NCBI GenBank assembly: GCA_963733095.1
Contig: CAVTBV010000014.1
Span: 32,001 to 96,000 of the forward strand
Reading direction: 5' to 3'
Origin: Candidatus Bathyarchaeota archaeon
Lineage (GTDB): Archaea > Thermoproteota > Bathyarchaeia > Bathyarchaeales > Bathycorpusculaceae
Length of the DNA: 64,000 bases
In this document: positions 49,923 through 60,675 of the stretch, piece by piece
Numbering within the stretch: the stretch's first letter is position 1
Layout: every line of letters begins with the position of its first letter
Notes under the pieces: generated by a model
Seen by the model: the letters and a program-made list of their open reading frames with translations, nothing else
Databases searched by the model: none
Told to the model about the DNA's origin: nothing
Position numbers and translations under genes: made by a program

Positions 49923-50085
49923 GCTATCATTCAAATAATACTTATGTTGGGAATAATGGTTTGTGTGTCCCAAACAGAATGTACACGAAAAATTGATTTG
50001 ACATCTTAAACAACTTCGTTGTGTCCAATTCATTTTAAGCGTCTCAAACCTAACTTATCAAAATTATGTTCCTGAGGAAACATCA

Positions 50086-50664
50086 TTACTTGCGGTGTCT
50101 ACACTGCTTTCTTAATCTATCTATGACTACAATTGACAGTACGAAGACGAATAAGGGTAGAATCATCAACCAAGAAAACTCTGGAACAGTAGGTGTTGGA
50201 GTTGTTGAAGGACTAGGGGATGGCGATTGTGGTTCTAAAGTTTTGGTGACAGTAAAGTAGACCTGAGAGCAGGCAGTCACTTGTCCCCCAAGACCGCCCA
50301 TAGCAGTTGCTTGGACTACTATTGAGTGTGATGCTTTAGACAATCCATTAAGCGCCACTGTCTCGGTCAAGTTATGTGAAAGTGGGTGTCCGGGTGCAAT
50401 CTCTATGTATGGTCCTCCATCTAAACTGTAGCCAATGTACCAGACTCCTGGGAAGGCTCCAAAATTAGCTATGAGGTCTATATCGTTTGTGTCATACGTT
50501 TTGTTTTGTGGAGAGATAATTGAAACTTCTACATTGCTTGTTCCGCTGCTGTCGTAGGGTGCAGGATTTGCCTCCACTGAATCAATAGTTTGTAATTCAG
50601 ATAAAGAAACGAGTAATAGTATGACTGAAATTCTTGCTAATGATTTGCTAACCATAGCAATCAT
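50086..50664 (-). CDS. Secreted Ig-like protein with PEF-CTERM-like sorting signal
   Basis: Signal peptide, IISPQNKTY, YSLDG, P/S/T linker, VPEF + TM + basic tail. Confidence 0.8.
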   Translation of the reverse strand: MIAMVSKSLARISVILLLVSLSELQTIDSVEANPAPYDSSGTSNVEVSIISPQNKTYDTNDIDLIANFGAFPGVWYIGYSLDGGPYIEIAPGHPLSHNLTETVALNGLSKASHSIVVQATAMGGLGGQVTACSQVYFTVTKTLEPQSPSPSPSTTPTPTVPEFSWLMILPLFVFVLSIVVIDRLRKQCRHRK

Positions 50665-50890
50665 GTTACATTTGAAGTTTTGACAATAAAAGAATTTCTC
50701 AACAAAATTATTTTTAATAGTTTGAGTCAAGGTTTATTGAATAGGATGAAGTAGGTTATTGTGAGAGATGTCAAACATTTCCACATACTCAAATGGGAAT
50801 CATCCAGTATTTCTTTTCTTGAGTCCGTGAGATAGGTTTAAATTGGGAGAGATAAAGTATAGAGAGATAAAGATACATGAGGATTCCAAT

Positions 50891-51118
50891 ATGAGCGAAA
50901 TGACAACCGAAATCCTTGAACAAAACCTCAGCAAAATCGTACTTGTACGCTTAAAAGGCGGTAAAAGCCTCAGAGGCAGGCTGAAGGGTTTCGATCAACA
51001 CTTGAACCTAGTTCTAGAAGAAACAGAAGATACCACAGTTGTTGAAAACCAAAAGAAACTAGGACTCATCATCGTCCGCGGAGACAACGTAGTCCTCATT
51101 TCTCCACCCCCAAGGTGA
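50891..51118 (+). CDS. Sm-like archaeal protein (SmAP1/Lsm)
   Basis: GRLKGFDQHLNLVL, IVRGDNV; adjacent to rpl37e. Confidence 0.95.
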   Translation: MSEMTTEILEQNLSKIVLVRLKGGKSLRGRLKGFDQHLNLVLEETEDTTVVENQKKLGLIIVRGDNVVLISPPPR

Positions 51119-51123
51119 GTTGA

Positions 51124-51312
51124 ATGGGAAAAGGCACTCCATCAATGGGTAAGCGCCAGGGTAAAACCGTACACATCATGTGTAGGCGCTGCGGAAGACG
51201 CGCATACCACGTTCGACATAAACGTTGTGCAGCCTGCGGGTTCGGCGAGCAAGCAACCATCAGACGCTACAACTGGCGAACCAAGACTCTGCAAAGACAA
51301 AGAATCTGCTAA
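51124..51312 (+). CDS. rpl37e: 50S ribosomal protein eL37
   Basis: [24 protein letters not shown]. Confidence 0.97.
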   Translation: MGKGTPSMGKRQGKTVHIMCRRCGRRAYHVRHKRCAACGFGEQATIRRYNWRTKTLQRQRIC

Positions 51313-51477
51313 GCCGTAAAACAATTATTTCTTTTTAAATTTTTAACTTCAACCTTGTTTCTTTGAACAATCCTGTCCTGCAAAGTAAAAAACAGTCAAC
51401 ACTCAAAACCTTCGTAAAATTATTTCAGGATGCCTTAAAGCACATTTGAAAATGAAAGAAAAGAAAAAAGATTAAAA

Positions 51478-52092
51478 TTACTCATTTAACGCGTTATAGT
51501 AGCCTTTGTCAATTTTGACAAAGATTAGTGGACCTTTGCTCTGCGCCATCTCTCGTGCCCTCCGCAACGAATTGTTTAGTGTTGTGAACAATCTTTCTCT
51601 ATCGGTAAGGTCTTGAAGGTTTTTTTCTCCAAGCTCCATCTTCAAGAGGTTCTCCGCTAAGATTTCTGTCCCGCAAACCTCTCCGTTCTTTATCAGTGTG
51701 GATACCACGACTTCTTGCAGTTCTTGTTTGTGCTCGATTTTACGCCAGAGTGGCTCTGCGTTGGCGAGTGTTTTGGACATTTTGTTCCATTTGTTAGCGT
51801 TCTGGTTGCCTATGAGCAGTTTGACGCGTTCCTTCCATTTCTTAAACCAAATGCCCGTCCAAACTGTCAAGAATGCGTCGAGTTCTTCTGCGTCTTCCTT
51901 GTACAGGGTTTCCAGTTTATCTACTAATTCACATTGGTTTGCTTCTTTTCCAATAAGCTTCCAATGGAATTTTAAGTAGTTGGTGAAGTCTTGACAGGCT
52001 ACCTGCAAAACTTTACGGTCCGAGCCCATAATGTCGAGGGCTTGATCTGCATCTTTCAATTTCTCCCCTATCATAATCTCCACAAAGTTCAT
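51478..52092 (-). CDS. Hypothetical protein
   Basis: About 200-aa ORF, Trp-rich segment WTGIWFKKWKERVKL; start uncertain. Confidence 0.7.
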   Translation of the reverse strand: MNFVEIMIGEKLKDADQALDIMGSDRKVLQVACQDFTNYLKFHWKLIGKEANQCELVDKLETLYKEDAEELDAFLTVWTGIWFKKWKERVKLLIGNQNANKWNKMSKTLANAEPLWRKIEHKQELQEVVVSTLIKNGEVCGTEILAENLLKMELGEKNLQDLTDRERLFTTLNNSLRRAREMAQSKGPLIFVKIDKGYYNALNE

Positions 52093-52229
52093 TCTGTTAC
52101 CGCTCCGCAGCCTTCTCCTTCTCATAGTGCTTAAGATTGAGGTTTTAATTAAACCTTATTTTTTTAGCGGCATATAACTACCTGAGGAAGATTCAGCAAT
52201 ATTACTAGTTTTGATATGTTCAAAAACAG

Positions 52230-52886
52230 TTATTCCACGAAGTCAGGGAGCAAAGTAATATCGGGCAATATCAAATCGGGGCATTCTTTGGCGAGTTCGT
52301 CACGGTGAAATAGTCCTGAGAGTAATGCGACAGTTCTTGCTCCCGCAGCTTTACCTGCACGTACGTCGTTGACGGAGTCCCCCGCTATGATGCAGTCGCA
52401 CATTTCAACGTCTAAGGCTTCCACGCATCGAATTAAGGCTTCAGGCGAAGGTTTAGGCTGAGCAGTATCCATTGCGGTCACTATGTGGGTGAAGTACTTT
52501 GCGATTCCAAAATAGACTAGTTCTTTTTGGATAACTTGGTTTGGGCAATGCCGCATAGTTATTAGTGCCAGCTTGGCCTTTGCTGAAAGTGCCTCAAGGG
52601 TGTCTGAGATGTTTGGGAACAGTTTGGTTTTTGCTTCGGTGACCGAATAATAAGCTTTCAAGTAGACTTGCATGAACTCTTTTGATTCTCCCTGCGTTAA
52701 GTCGTCGATTGTAAGGCGCATCTCTATTCTTCTTGGAATTTCAAGGAAATCTTGGTTCTCCAATGTCTCTTTCCCAATGGCCCGGAATGCAATTCTGGCT
52801 GCTTCACTGTAGGCGCCTGTGGAATCTACGATTGTGCCGTCTAAATCCAGGAAAATACCTGTTGCTTTCCATCTTTTCTGGTTCAT
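52230..52886 (-). CDS. HAD-family hydrolase (phosphoglycolate phosphatase-like)
   Basis: DLDGTIVDS, KPSP, GDSVND. Confidence 0.92.
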   Translation of the reverse strand: MNQKRWKATGIFLDLDGTIVDSTGAYSEAARIAFRAIGKETLENQDFLEIPRRIEMRLTIDDLTQGESKEFMQVYLKAYYSVTEAKTKLFPNISDTLEALSAKAKLALITMRHCPNQVIQKELVYFGIAKYFTHIVTAMDTAQPKPSPEALIRCVEALDVEMCDCIIAGDSVNDVRAGKAAGARTVALLSGLFHRDELAKECPDLILPDITLLPDFVE

Positions 52887-53046
52887 TTATGTCTCTTGTT
52901 GAGAGATTTTCTGGTTTCTTAAATGTTCCCGTGCATTTTAACGGTTTTTTTCCTTTTTTATATTGTTTATATATAGATTATATTGGTTATCTCTATAGGT
53001 ATTTTCAACCACATTGATATCGAATATGTGGAGATGTGAATAGAAA

Positions 53047-53220
53047 ATGTTGTCACGAGATTGTGATGGCTGCTCAAAACTTAAAGAATGTTGCAAACGG
53101 TACCAGAAAGCCTTCAAAGGCGACAAAGTCTATTGCCCAGACGGCACAGCACACTTGATCGATAATGACAGTGTGGATCAAAGTCCTGACATGGTCTGTT
53201 TTTTGCAAGCGTTCCAATGA
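53047..53220 (+). CDS. Small Cys-rich protein (57 aa)
   Basis: Not in ORF track; MLSRDCDGCSKLKECCKRYQKAFKGDKVYCPDGTAHLID...; GGAG upstream. Confidence 0.6.
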   Translation: MLSRDCDGCSKLKECCKRYQKAFKGDKVYCPDGTAHLIDNDSVDQSPDMVCFLQAFQ

Positions 53221-53427
53221 TGGGGAGCTTTAACCTACGAATGCCCTAATCAAATCAAGTAAAACTTTTTTCTATTTTTAATTTTAATCGTTTACTTCTT
53301 ATTTGGCGCTTGTTATGCTTCATATTTTATTTAGTTTCTATTTATTCTGTGAGCAATATATCGACTTTTGTATTCTATGTTGAGTGCCTGTATACCTCGT
53401 TTTCTATAAATCCAAACGGGAAAAAAT

Positions 53428-53592
53428 ATGAAAACAACATATTCAATCGCAGTAGCAATAGTTGTAATCGCCATAAAAATCGGCTCAGTTGCCGCCTACA
53501 CATACATAGGCTCAAATGAAACCCACGCCCAGACCAAACCCAACGCCAACGGCGGCACCAACTGCAAGCCCAACTGCACTGAACAAATTTAA
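53428..53592 (+). pseudogene. Remnant of a PstS-like substrate-binding protein N-terminus
   Basis: MKTTYSIAVAIVVIAIKIGSVAAYTY aligns with PstS MNTKYAIIAIVAIAIILGSVAAYIY; out-of-frame PTP..PTPTAAPTASPTA linker follows. Confidence 0.7.
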
Positions 53593-53756
53593 AAATTATT
53601 TTCCCCGCAATGCTATATGTCTTTTAACTGACGTGACCTCTCTGTTGTACCGAGTTTCTCTATCGAGTAATTTTTTCATAAAAAAAGATGTATAACTTTT
53701 GCCTTTTTTAAAACAAGAATGCACTTAAAAGATACAGGACATAAAAATTAAAAAAA

Positions 53757-54842
53757 TTAGCTTAAAACTGACTCTACGTTCAAATTCAAAACAACTTCAG
53801 AAATGTCGCTGGCGTACTCCGCGGTTCGCCTAACGCTTTCAATCAGCAGTCTCAAGTTAACGATTTCTTCAACTTTAGCATTCTGCGAGCACAAAACAGC
53901 TTCCTTCTCAACTTTGTGCGCCTGGCTTAGTTTTTCGATAACAGTCTCCGCCAGGTTAAAATCGCGTTTGAACAGTGCTTCCATGGAGCTCTCAAACATT
54001 GAAATAGCTAAGGTGCTCAACTGGCTTATCTTTTCTAAAACCTCTTCTTTTACTGGTTCTTTAAGCAGCAGGGTGTTTTCAGCCATTTTTGTGGCGTGGT
54101 CAGCTGTTCTTTCAACGGCTTTTGCAATTAGTCTGTAGCCTAAGCATTCTTTTTGGTTGGTTAAACCGATTTCTTTAACAACCCTTTGATTTGTAACGGC
54201 CAACTTCAAAAGTCTTACTACGTAGAGTCCGAATCGGTTCACTTCGCGGTCAGTTTCTATAACGGCTTTGGCACCGGGGTAGTCGAGTTTTTTTAGTGAT
54301 GCTAAGGCTTCTCTATGCATGGATGACGAGATTATTCCCATTCTGCTTAATGCGTTTTGAACGGTAAGTTCAGGATAGTTAAGCAAAACCTGCAGGGTTA
54401 ATTCGGTTGGAGTGTCGATAACTATTTCTGTTCCGACAAGGTAGTTTCTTGCGAAGCTTTTTAGGTGGTTGCGCAGTTTTGAAGAGAGGACCTTTTGTCC
54501 TTGAGCTCTTATGTGGAGAACGTTGTAGCCGCTCAGGTAGGCTGATATTGCTGTTCTCATGATGGCGTCGGGGTTGTCGTTTATGGATGATTTGATGTAG
54601 GCTTCGTCTTGTTTTTGTTGTTTTGGAAAGCTTGAAGGAGCAATCGATAGTGAGCCATCTTCTTCTTCGCGGACCATCATTGCACTTCCGCGTTTGAGTT
54701 CGTTTTTGGTGGCCCAGTCTTTAGGTAGAGAAAGGATGAAGGTTGAGCCGCCTGTTACCTGGAGTTTACGTTGTTCTTCACTTAGTTTTTCTGTTTCTTT
54801 AGTCAAACTTGACTCCAAGTAACTCTTTTTACGATTAGTCAT
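53757..54842 (-). CDS. Phosphate uptake regulator (AbrB-type DNA-binding domain + PhoU domains)
   Basis: RKLQVTGGSTFILSLPKDWA; ERTADHA; RRTAEYASDI. Confidence 0.92.
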   Translation of the reverse strand: MTNRKKSYLESSLTKETEKLSEEQRKLQVTGGSTFILSLPKDWATKNELKRGSAMMVREEEDGSLSIAPSSFPKQQKQDEAYIKSSINDNPDAIMRTAISAYLSGYNVLHIRAQGQKVLSSKLRNHLKSFARNYLVGTEIVIDTPTELTLQVLLNYPELTVQNALSRMGIISSSMHREALASLKKLDYPGAKAVIETDREVNRFGLYVVRLLKLAVTNQRVVKEIGLTNQKECLGYRLIAKAVERTADHATKMAENTLLLKEPVKEEVLEKISQLSTLAISMFESSMEALFKRDFNLAETVIEKLSQAHKVEKEAVLCSQNAKVEEIVNLRLLIESVRRTAEYASDISEVVLNLNVESVLS

Positions 54843-54938
54843 TATATATGGTATATCTATATAGTCTATAAATTTTATGTAGATATACTATATAACCAAT
54901 GTATAATCTGTAGTTAAACAAAAACGAGGAATGAAAAT

Positions 54939-56051
54939 ATGAACACTAAATATGCCATAATAGCAATAGTTGCAATCGCTATAATACTCGGTTCAGTAGC
55001 GGCATACATTTACCTCTCACAACCCTCAGGCACATCTGGCCAAACCACAACCCTCAACGGCGCAGGAGCAACCTTCCCGTATCCACTCCTTGACTCCATG
55101 ATAGCAAGCTACTCAACAAATGTGAACACCAACGTCCAAATAAACTACCAGCCAATAGGCAGCGGCGGCGGAATTTCGGCAATGCATGACAAAACCGTTG
55201 ATTTTGGAGCCTCAGACGCACCATTAAGCGCAACTGACAAGGCTAATGTACCGAATGCATTGCATATCCCCGAAACAATTGGAGCAGTCACGGTAGCCTA
55301 TAATCTACCTGGCATTGCTTCTGGTCTACATCTAACGGGTCAAGTCATTGCAGACATTTTTGAAGGAAAAATAACCAAGTGGAATGACCCCTCAATTCAA
55401 AACATCAATTCCGGAATTACTCTTCCAAATGAGGGAATAAACACTGTTCACCGCTCTGATGGTTCAGGAACTACCTTCATCTTCACCAGCTACCTCAGCG
55501 CATCAAGCGCATCATGGAACAGCTCTGTAGGCGCAGGTAAATCGGTCTCTTGGCCAGTTGGAACAGGCTCAAACGGCAACACAGGAGTTGCTTCAACGGT
55601 AAACGGCACAAGATACGCCATCGGATACGTCGAATTAGCTTACATCCTACAAAATGGAATGACTGTTGCCGCAGTTCAGAATCCATCGGGAAACTGGGTC
55701 CTGCCCAGCCTTGATTCAACAACGGTTGCAGTTCAATCAGGTGCTTCAAGTGGATTGCCCGCAGGCGATGCAAGCTGGACTAACGTGAGTCTCCTCAACG
55801 CTCCAGACGCAAACGCATACCCCATAGTAAGCTTCACCTACCTGCTTTCGTACAAAGAGCTTAACGTGCTTTCCGACATGACACAGGCTAAGGCAACAGC
55901 TCTGGTCCAGTTTCTCTGGTACGTCGTACATGATGGACAAAACCTCGCCCCTCAACTTTCCTACGCAAAATTGCCCTCCAACGTAGTGCAAATCGACGAA
56001 ACAACAATCAAATCCATAACATTCAACGGACAAACACTTCCAACAACTTAA
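54939..56051 (+). CDS. pstS: Phosphate ABC transporter substrate-binding protein
   Basis: GAGATFP, GSGGG, DFGASD, HRSDGSGTT, AYPI. Confidence 0.97.
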   Translation: MNTKYAIIAIVAIAIILGSVAAYIYLSQPSGTSGQTTTLNGAGATFPYPLLDSMIASYSTNVNTNVQINYQPIGSGGGISAMHDKTVDFGASDAPLSATDKANVPNALHIPETIGAVTVAYNLPGIASGLHLTGQVIADIFEGKITKWNDPSIQNINSGITLPNEGINTVHRSDGSGTTFIFTSYLSASSASWNSSVGAGKSVSWPVGTGSNGNTGVASTVNGTRYAIGYVELAYILQNGMTVAAVQNPSGNWVLPSLDSTTVAVQSGASSGLPAGDASWTNVSLLNAPDANAYPIVSFTYLLSYKELNVLSDMTQAKATALVQFLWYVVHDGQNLAPQLSYAKLPSNVVQIDETTIKSITFNGQTLPTT

Positions 56052-56052
56052 G

Positions 56053-57042
56053 GTGGATAACACTCTGACGCAGTCCCACCCCCAAAACTTTTTTACAAAA
56101 ATAAAAACTATATTAACAGGAGACTTTCTATTCAAGAATATAGCCGCTATCGTGGCGGCTTCAGCAATCGTAATTTTAATTATAACCGGTTACATCCTTG
56201 CAAGCGGCTCAGTGCCTGTAATTCAAAAGTTCGGCTCAAACTTCTTTTTCGGCAGCGCTTGGAACCCTGTTGAGGGCAGAGAAATCTACGGTGCACTCCC
56301 CTATGTGATGGGCACCCTTGTCACTTCAGGTATCGCGCTACTAATTGGTGTCCCGTTGAGTTTGGGAATAGCAGTTTTTCTTGTAGAGATGTCGCCTCGA
56401 ACACTCAGGGTGCCAATCGGCTATTTAGTTGAGTTGTTGGCTGCTGTTCCAAGCGTGATTTATGGACTTTGGGGGTTGTTTGTTTTTCGTTACTGGATTT
56501 TGGATTATGTAGAAAAACCCATATCCACATACCTTGGGTGGATTCCTATTTTTAGCGGAACACCGTTTGGTCTGGATATTTTTACTGCAGGAATTATCTT
56601 GGCAATCATGATAATTCCCACAATTGCATCCATCTCGAAAGAAGTCATAAGCGCCGTTCCAAACAGCATCCGCGAAGGCGCCTACAGCATCGGAGCAACA
56701 AAATGGGAAGTCATCCGCCACTGGGTAATCAGCTATGGGCGCTCAGGAATTTTCGGTGCAGTAATTTTAGGCTTAGGCAGAGCTGTGGGCGAGACAATGG
56801 CTGTTGCAATGCTTATCGGCAATGCTACAGGACCAGCAGCGATGCCTACGTCGCTTTTTAAACCCAGCCAAACTATGTCTTCCCTTATCGCCAACGGGTT
56901 CTTGGAAGCGACTGGTTCCTTGCAGGTTTCTGCCTACATCGGGGTTGGATTAATCCTTCTCATAATCAGCTTGCTCATCAACATTGGTGCAGGCGTTTTG
57001 GTTCATCGTGTATTGAAGGTTAAGGGAGGTGCAATAGAATAA
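56053..57042 (+). CDS. pstC: Phosphate ABC transporter permease
   Basis: WNP, ELLAAVPSVIYGLWG, LGLGRAVGETMAV. Confidence 0.96.
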   Translation: MDNTLTQSHPQNFFTKIKTILTGDFLFKNIAAIVAASAIVILIITGYILASGSVPVIQKFGSNFFFGSAWNPVEGREIYGALPYVMGTLVTSGIALLIGVPLSLGIAVFLVEMSPRTLRVPIGYLVELLAAVPSVIYGLWGLFVFRYWILDYVEKPISTYLGWIPIFSGTPFGLDIFTAGIILAIMIIPTIASISKEVISAVPNSIREGAYSIGATKWEVIRHWVISYGRSGIFGAVILGLGRAVGETMAVAMLIGNATGPAAMPTSLFKPSQTMSSLIANGFLEATGSLQVSAYIGVGLILLIISLLINIGAGVLVHRVLKVKGGAIE

Positions 57043-57869
57043 TCTCCAACTATAGCTTCCGCAAATTCAAGAACCGCCTGTTCTTCATTCTATGCGCCGT
57101 CTGTGTGGTCCTTACGGTTACTCCATTGCTCAGCATCCTTTGGGAAGTCATCGTAAGGGGTGCACCTCAGCTAAGCATTGGCTTTTTGATTAACAACAAC
57201 TCTGGAGGAGGAATTGGACCCGCAATACAGGGCACTCTCATTTTGATTGGGTTAACAAGCCTATTCGGTATCCCTGTTGGAATAATCTCAGGTGTTTACC
57301 TTGCCGAATTCGGAAACAACAAGTATGCAACTGCCATGCGCTCAATCAATGATGTATTAACAGAGTTTCCATCCATCGTCGTCGGCATCACAGCTTATGG
57401 CGTAATAGTCATCGCCCTCATCGGACACTACTCAGCAATTGCAGGAGCTATCGCACTCTCATTCATCCTAATCCCCATCGTCGCAAGAACAACCGAAGAA
57501 TCCCTAAAACTCGTCCCAAACAGCGTCCGAGAAGCATCCCTTGCCCTCGGCGCCCACAAATGGCGAACAACACTAAGCGTCGTATTGCCCACCGCCAAAG
57601 CCGGTTTGCTCACTGGAACACTCCTCGCAGTTGCCCGAATCGCAGGAGAAACCGCCCCCTTAATCATGACAATACTGGGAAACCGGTACTTCTTCCAAGG
57701 CTTAAACCAGCCCATGGCAGCTTTACCCCTTGAAATTTGGCGAGACTCCCTCCAGCCGCAAGCCAGCCTTCAGGCGCAGGGTTGGGGAGCAGCCCTAATC
57801 TTGATTCTCATGGTACTCAGCCTAAACATTATAGTTAGAATAGCAACAAGAGGTAGAAACAAAAGATGA
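57039..57869 (+). CDS. pstA: Phosphate ABC transporter permease; probable ATA start
   Basis: [28 protein letters not shown]; frame open upstream of GTG 57105 to ATA 57039 after GGAGGTG. Confidence 0.93.
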   Translation: MISNYSFRKFKNRLFFILCAVCVVLTVTPLLSILWEVIVRGAPQLSIGFLINNNSGGGIGPAIQGTLILIGLTSLFGIPVGIISGVYLAEFGNNKYATAMRSINDVLTEFPSIVVGITAYGVIVIALIGHYSAIAGAIALSFILIPIVARTTEESLKLVPNSVREASLALGAHKWRTTLSVVLPTAKAGLLTGTLLAVARIAGETAPLIMTILGNRYFFQGLNQPMAALPLEIWRDSLQPQASLQAQGWGAALILILMVLSLNIIVRIATRGRNKR

Positions 57870-58663
57870 CAAGCACAACTAATACTCAAACAAAAGCTGT
57901 TGACCCAGAAATGAAAATGCAGAGTATTGAATTAAACGCTTGGTTTGGGGCAAAACAAGCATTAAAAAACGTAAACATCAATATCAAAGCAAACGCGGTA
58001 ACCGCCATAATTGGGCCATCAGGATGCGGCAAATCCACTTTTATCCGTTGCCTAAACCGAATGCACGAACTCACCCCAACCGCTAAAATGACCGGACAAA
58101 TACTGTTGGACGGACAAAACATCTACGACAAACAAGTTGACCCTGTTCAGGTTCGCCGAAGAGTCGGCATGGTTTTCCAAAAGCCCAACCCCTTCCCAAC
58201 AATGTCCATATACGACAACGTTGCCGCCGGCTTAAAGCTGACAGGCACTAAGAAAGGCAAGAACCTCGACGAAGTAGTCAAACGCAGCTTAGAGCAGGCC
58301 ACCCTTTGGGAAGAAGTTAAAGCTGATTTGAAGAAGCCCGGCACGAGCATTTCTGGGGGCCAGCAGCAGCGTCTCTGCATTGCACGGGCTATCGCGTTGC
58401 AGCCTGAAGTTATCTTAATGGATGAACCATGTTCAGCGTTGGATCCGATTGCGACGGCTAAGATTGAGCGGTTAGTGGTTGAACTTAAACGAGATTACAC
58501 CGTTGCCATAGTTACTCATAACATGCAGCAGGCGTCGCGAGTGTCGGATTATACAGCTTTTATGTACCTTGGCTCGTTAATAGAGTTTGGACCGACACGA
58601 GATATTTTTGAATCTCCCAAAAATCCATTAACAGAAAAATACATAACAGGAGAATTCGGATAG
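57866..58663 (+). CDS. pstB: Phosphate ABC transporter ATPase
   Basis: [35 protein letters not shown]. Confidence 0.97.
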   Translation: MTSTTNTQTKAVDPEMKMQSIELNAWFGAKQALKNVNINIKANAVTAIIGPSGCGKSTFIRCLNRMHELTPTAKMTGQILLDGQNIYDKQVDPVQVRRRVGMVFQKPNPFPTMSIYDNVAAGLKLTGTKKGKNLDEVVKRSLEQATLWEEVKADLKKPGTSISGGQQQRLCIARAIALQPEVILMDEPCSALDPIATAKIERLVVELKRDYTVAIVTHNMQQASRVSDYTAFMYLGSLIEFGPTRDIFESPKNPLTEKYITGEFG

Positions 58664-58674
58664 GAGACTAAAGT

Positions 58675-59319
58675 ATGAGCAGAATAATTGACCGCGGATT
58701 AGAAGAGGAGTCAGTCTTAATTGTTAGGATGGGTGAGTTAACCTATGATACCCTTGCCCTTTCAATTCATGGGTACCTTGAAGGCAAAAGTGTTCAGAAA
58801 CAAGTTGAGGAAATGTCGGACATTCTTCTTACGATGGCTGATAAGGTTGAAGATGAAACCTTCCAGTTAATCGCCCGTTTCCAACCCGTCGCCACTGACC
58901 TTAGAACCATAAAATCCTACATGAAAATTGCAACAGACTTTGCAAGATACGGCCGATATTCACTCGATATCGCCTTCATCAATGACCAACTGCATGGAAC
59001 AAAAGAATGTGAAACTTGGACCCGTGACTATATAAATGAAATGAGCGAAAAAGTCCTCACAATGGTCAAAATAAGTGTGACAGCACTGAAAAGACAGGAC
59101 ATCACCCTTGCTAAAACGATTTCAGAAACTGAACGCCAAGTCGACAAAATGTACTTCGACTATCTCAACAAACTAATCAAAGAAGAACAAGCTAACAGCA
59201 AATGCGTTCTATCGAGCGCTTTGATGACCCGGTATTTGGAGCGCATTGCTGACCATGCGGTCTACGTTTGTGAATCAATCGTTTACATAGTGACGGGCAA
59301 AAAGGTAAACTTGGGCTAA
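58675..59319 (+). CDS. phoU: Phosphate signalling protein PhoU
   Basis: ARFQPVATDLR, RYLERIADHA. Confidence 0.93.
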   Translation: MSRIIDRGLEEESVLIVRMGELTYDTLALSIHGYLEGKSVQKQVEEMSDILLTMADKVEDETFQLIARFQPVATDLRTIKSYMKIATDFARYGRYSLDIAFINDQLHGTKECETWTRDYINEMSEKVLTMVKISVTALKRQDITLAKTISETERQVDKMYFDYLNKLIKEEQANSKCVLSSALMTRYLERIADHAVYVCESIVYIVTGKKVNLG

Positions 59320-59752
59320 ATCAATCTGGCTCAGAGGCAATTCAATTATAACCTTTGCGCCCTTGCCGAGGTTTTTTTCAAAACTTACGTTTCCACATTA
59401 ACTCAGAACCATTTGTCTGAAGTAGTGCATTATTTTTCAAACGTTAACCTGCTTCTAGTTAATACCAAGAGTGCGCAGGTTTTAGACAATTAAACAATCT
59501 TCCCTAAGGCTTGATATTAACTTGGTAGCTTTTTTACTGTAATTTGGTTTGTCCTCTATTTCGATGAGGCCTCTGTAAGCTTTTCTATTAAACTGCCATC
59601 GATAAATATCTGTTTCAATTCAATTTTCAGACGATGTTTTAGCGATTAATGATAGCATGTTAAACCATATACTGTTAGCGCTATCAACCTAAACCGCCGA
59701 CGCCATAGGTAATATTAAGCTCCGCAACCTAAATGTTATTGGATGATTTTGG

Positions 59753-60655
59753 ATGTCAATTGATGCAGAAGACTTCAAGGTTCCGGCGGGAAAAAAGGTT
59801 AGTTTGAAGGATTATGATTCCAACTGGGTTCCAAAATGGGCCAAAAAACAAGAACAAAAAGAAGGAAAAAAAGCGATAAAAGAACAAGCCTCAGCGCTTC
59901 TTGAAGCCAACAGGCAAAAGCTGATCACTCAACAGGAATTGTTCTGGGCAAGTGCCACCTATTCGATGTTGATTATTCTTCAAGGGATGGATGCCGCTGG
60001 GAAAGACGGCACAATCAATCATGTCATGTCAGGGGTTAATCCACAAGGCTGCCAAGTTGCAAGTTTCAAAACCCCTTCAGCCGAGGAACTAAATCATGAT
60101 TTCCTCTGGCGATACACTAAAGCTCTTCCAGAAAGAGGCATCATAGGAATTTTTAACCGTTCATACTATGAGGACGTGTTGATTGTTAAGGTACGACCCG
60201 AAGTTCTGGAAAAAACGAAATTGCCCCATCAAGACGAAGGGGAACACTTTTGGGCTCAGAGGTATGAGGACATTAATCTGTTTGAACGTCATTTGGTTCG
60301 GAACGGCACGGTTGTGTTAAAATTCTTCCTCAACCTTTCAAAGAAAGAGCAGAAGAACCGTTTGCTTGACCGACTCGAACACGCGGATAAAGAATGGAAA
60401 TTTTCGTTAACTGACCTTTCTGAACGCTCCAAATGGACAGATTATATGGGGGCATATGAAGATATGCTCAATAATACGAGCACTGATTGGGCTCCGTGGT
60501 ATGTTATTCCTGCAGATAAAAAATGGGTTGCTCATGCGTCGATTTCTGAGATTATTCTTTCGGAAATCAAAAAGTTGGATTTAAAATATCCTGTTTTAAG
60601 CAAAGAGCAATGTGATGCTTTGGAAAAAGCAAGAACTGAACTGGAAAAGGAATAA
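59753..60655 (+). CDS. ppk2: Polyphosphate kinase 2 family (class III-like)
   Basis: QGMDAAGKDG, FKTPS, HDFLWR, FNRSYYEDVL, APWYVIPAD. Confidence 0.93.
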   Translation: MSIDAEDFKVPAGKKVSLKDYDSNWVPKWAKKQEQKEGKKAIKEQASALLEANRQKLITQQELFWASATYSMLIILQGMDAAGKDGTINHVMSGVNPQGCQVASFKTPSAEELNHDFLWRYTKALPERGIIGIFNRSYYEDVLIVKVRPEVLEKTKLPHQDEGEHFWAQRYEDINLFERHLVRNGTVVLKFFLNLSKKEQKNRLLDRLEHADKEWKFSLTDLSERSKWTDYMGAYEDMLNNTSTDWAPWYVIPADKKWVAHASISEIILSEIKKLDLKYPVLSKEQCDALEKARTELEKE

Positions 60656-60675
60656 ACAGTTTCGGGATGCCTAAA

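Noticed and set aside
59320-59420. Possible histidine-kinase C-terminal remnant on the minus strand (GKGAKVIIELPL)
   Set aside because: Too short and interrupted by stops to support
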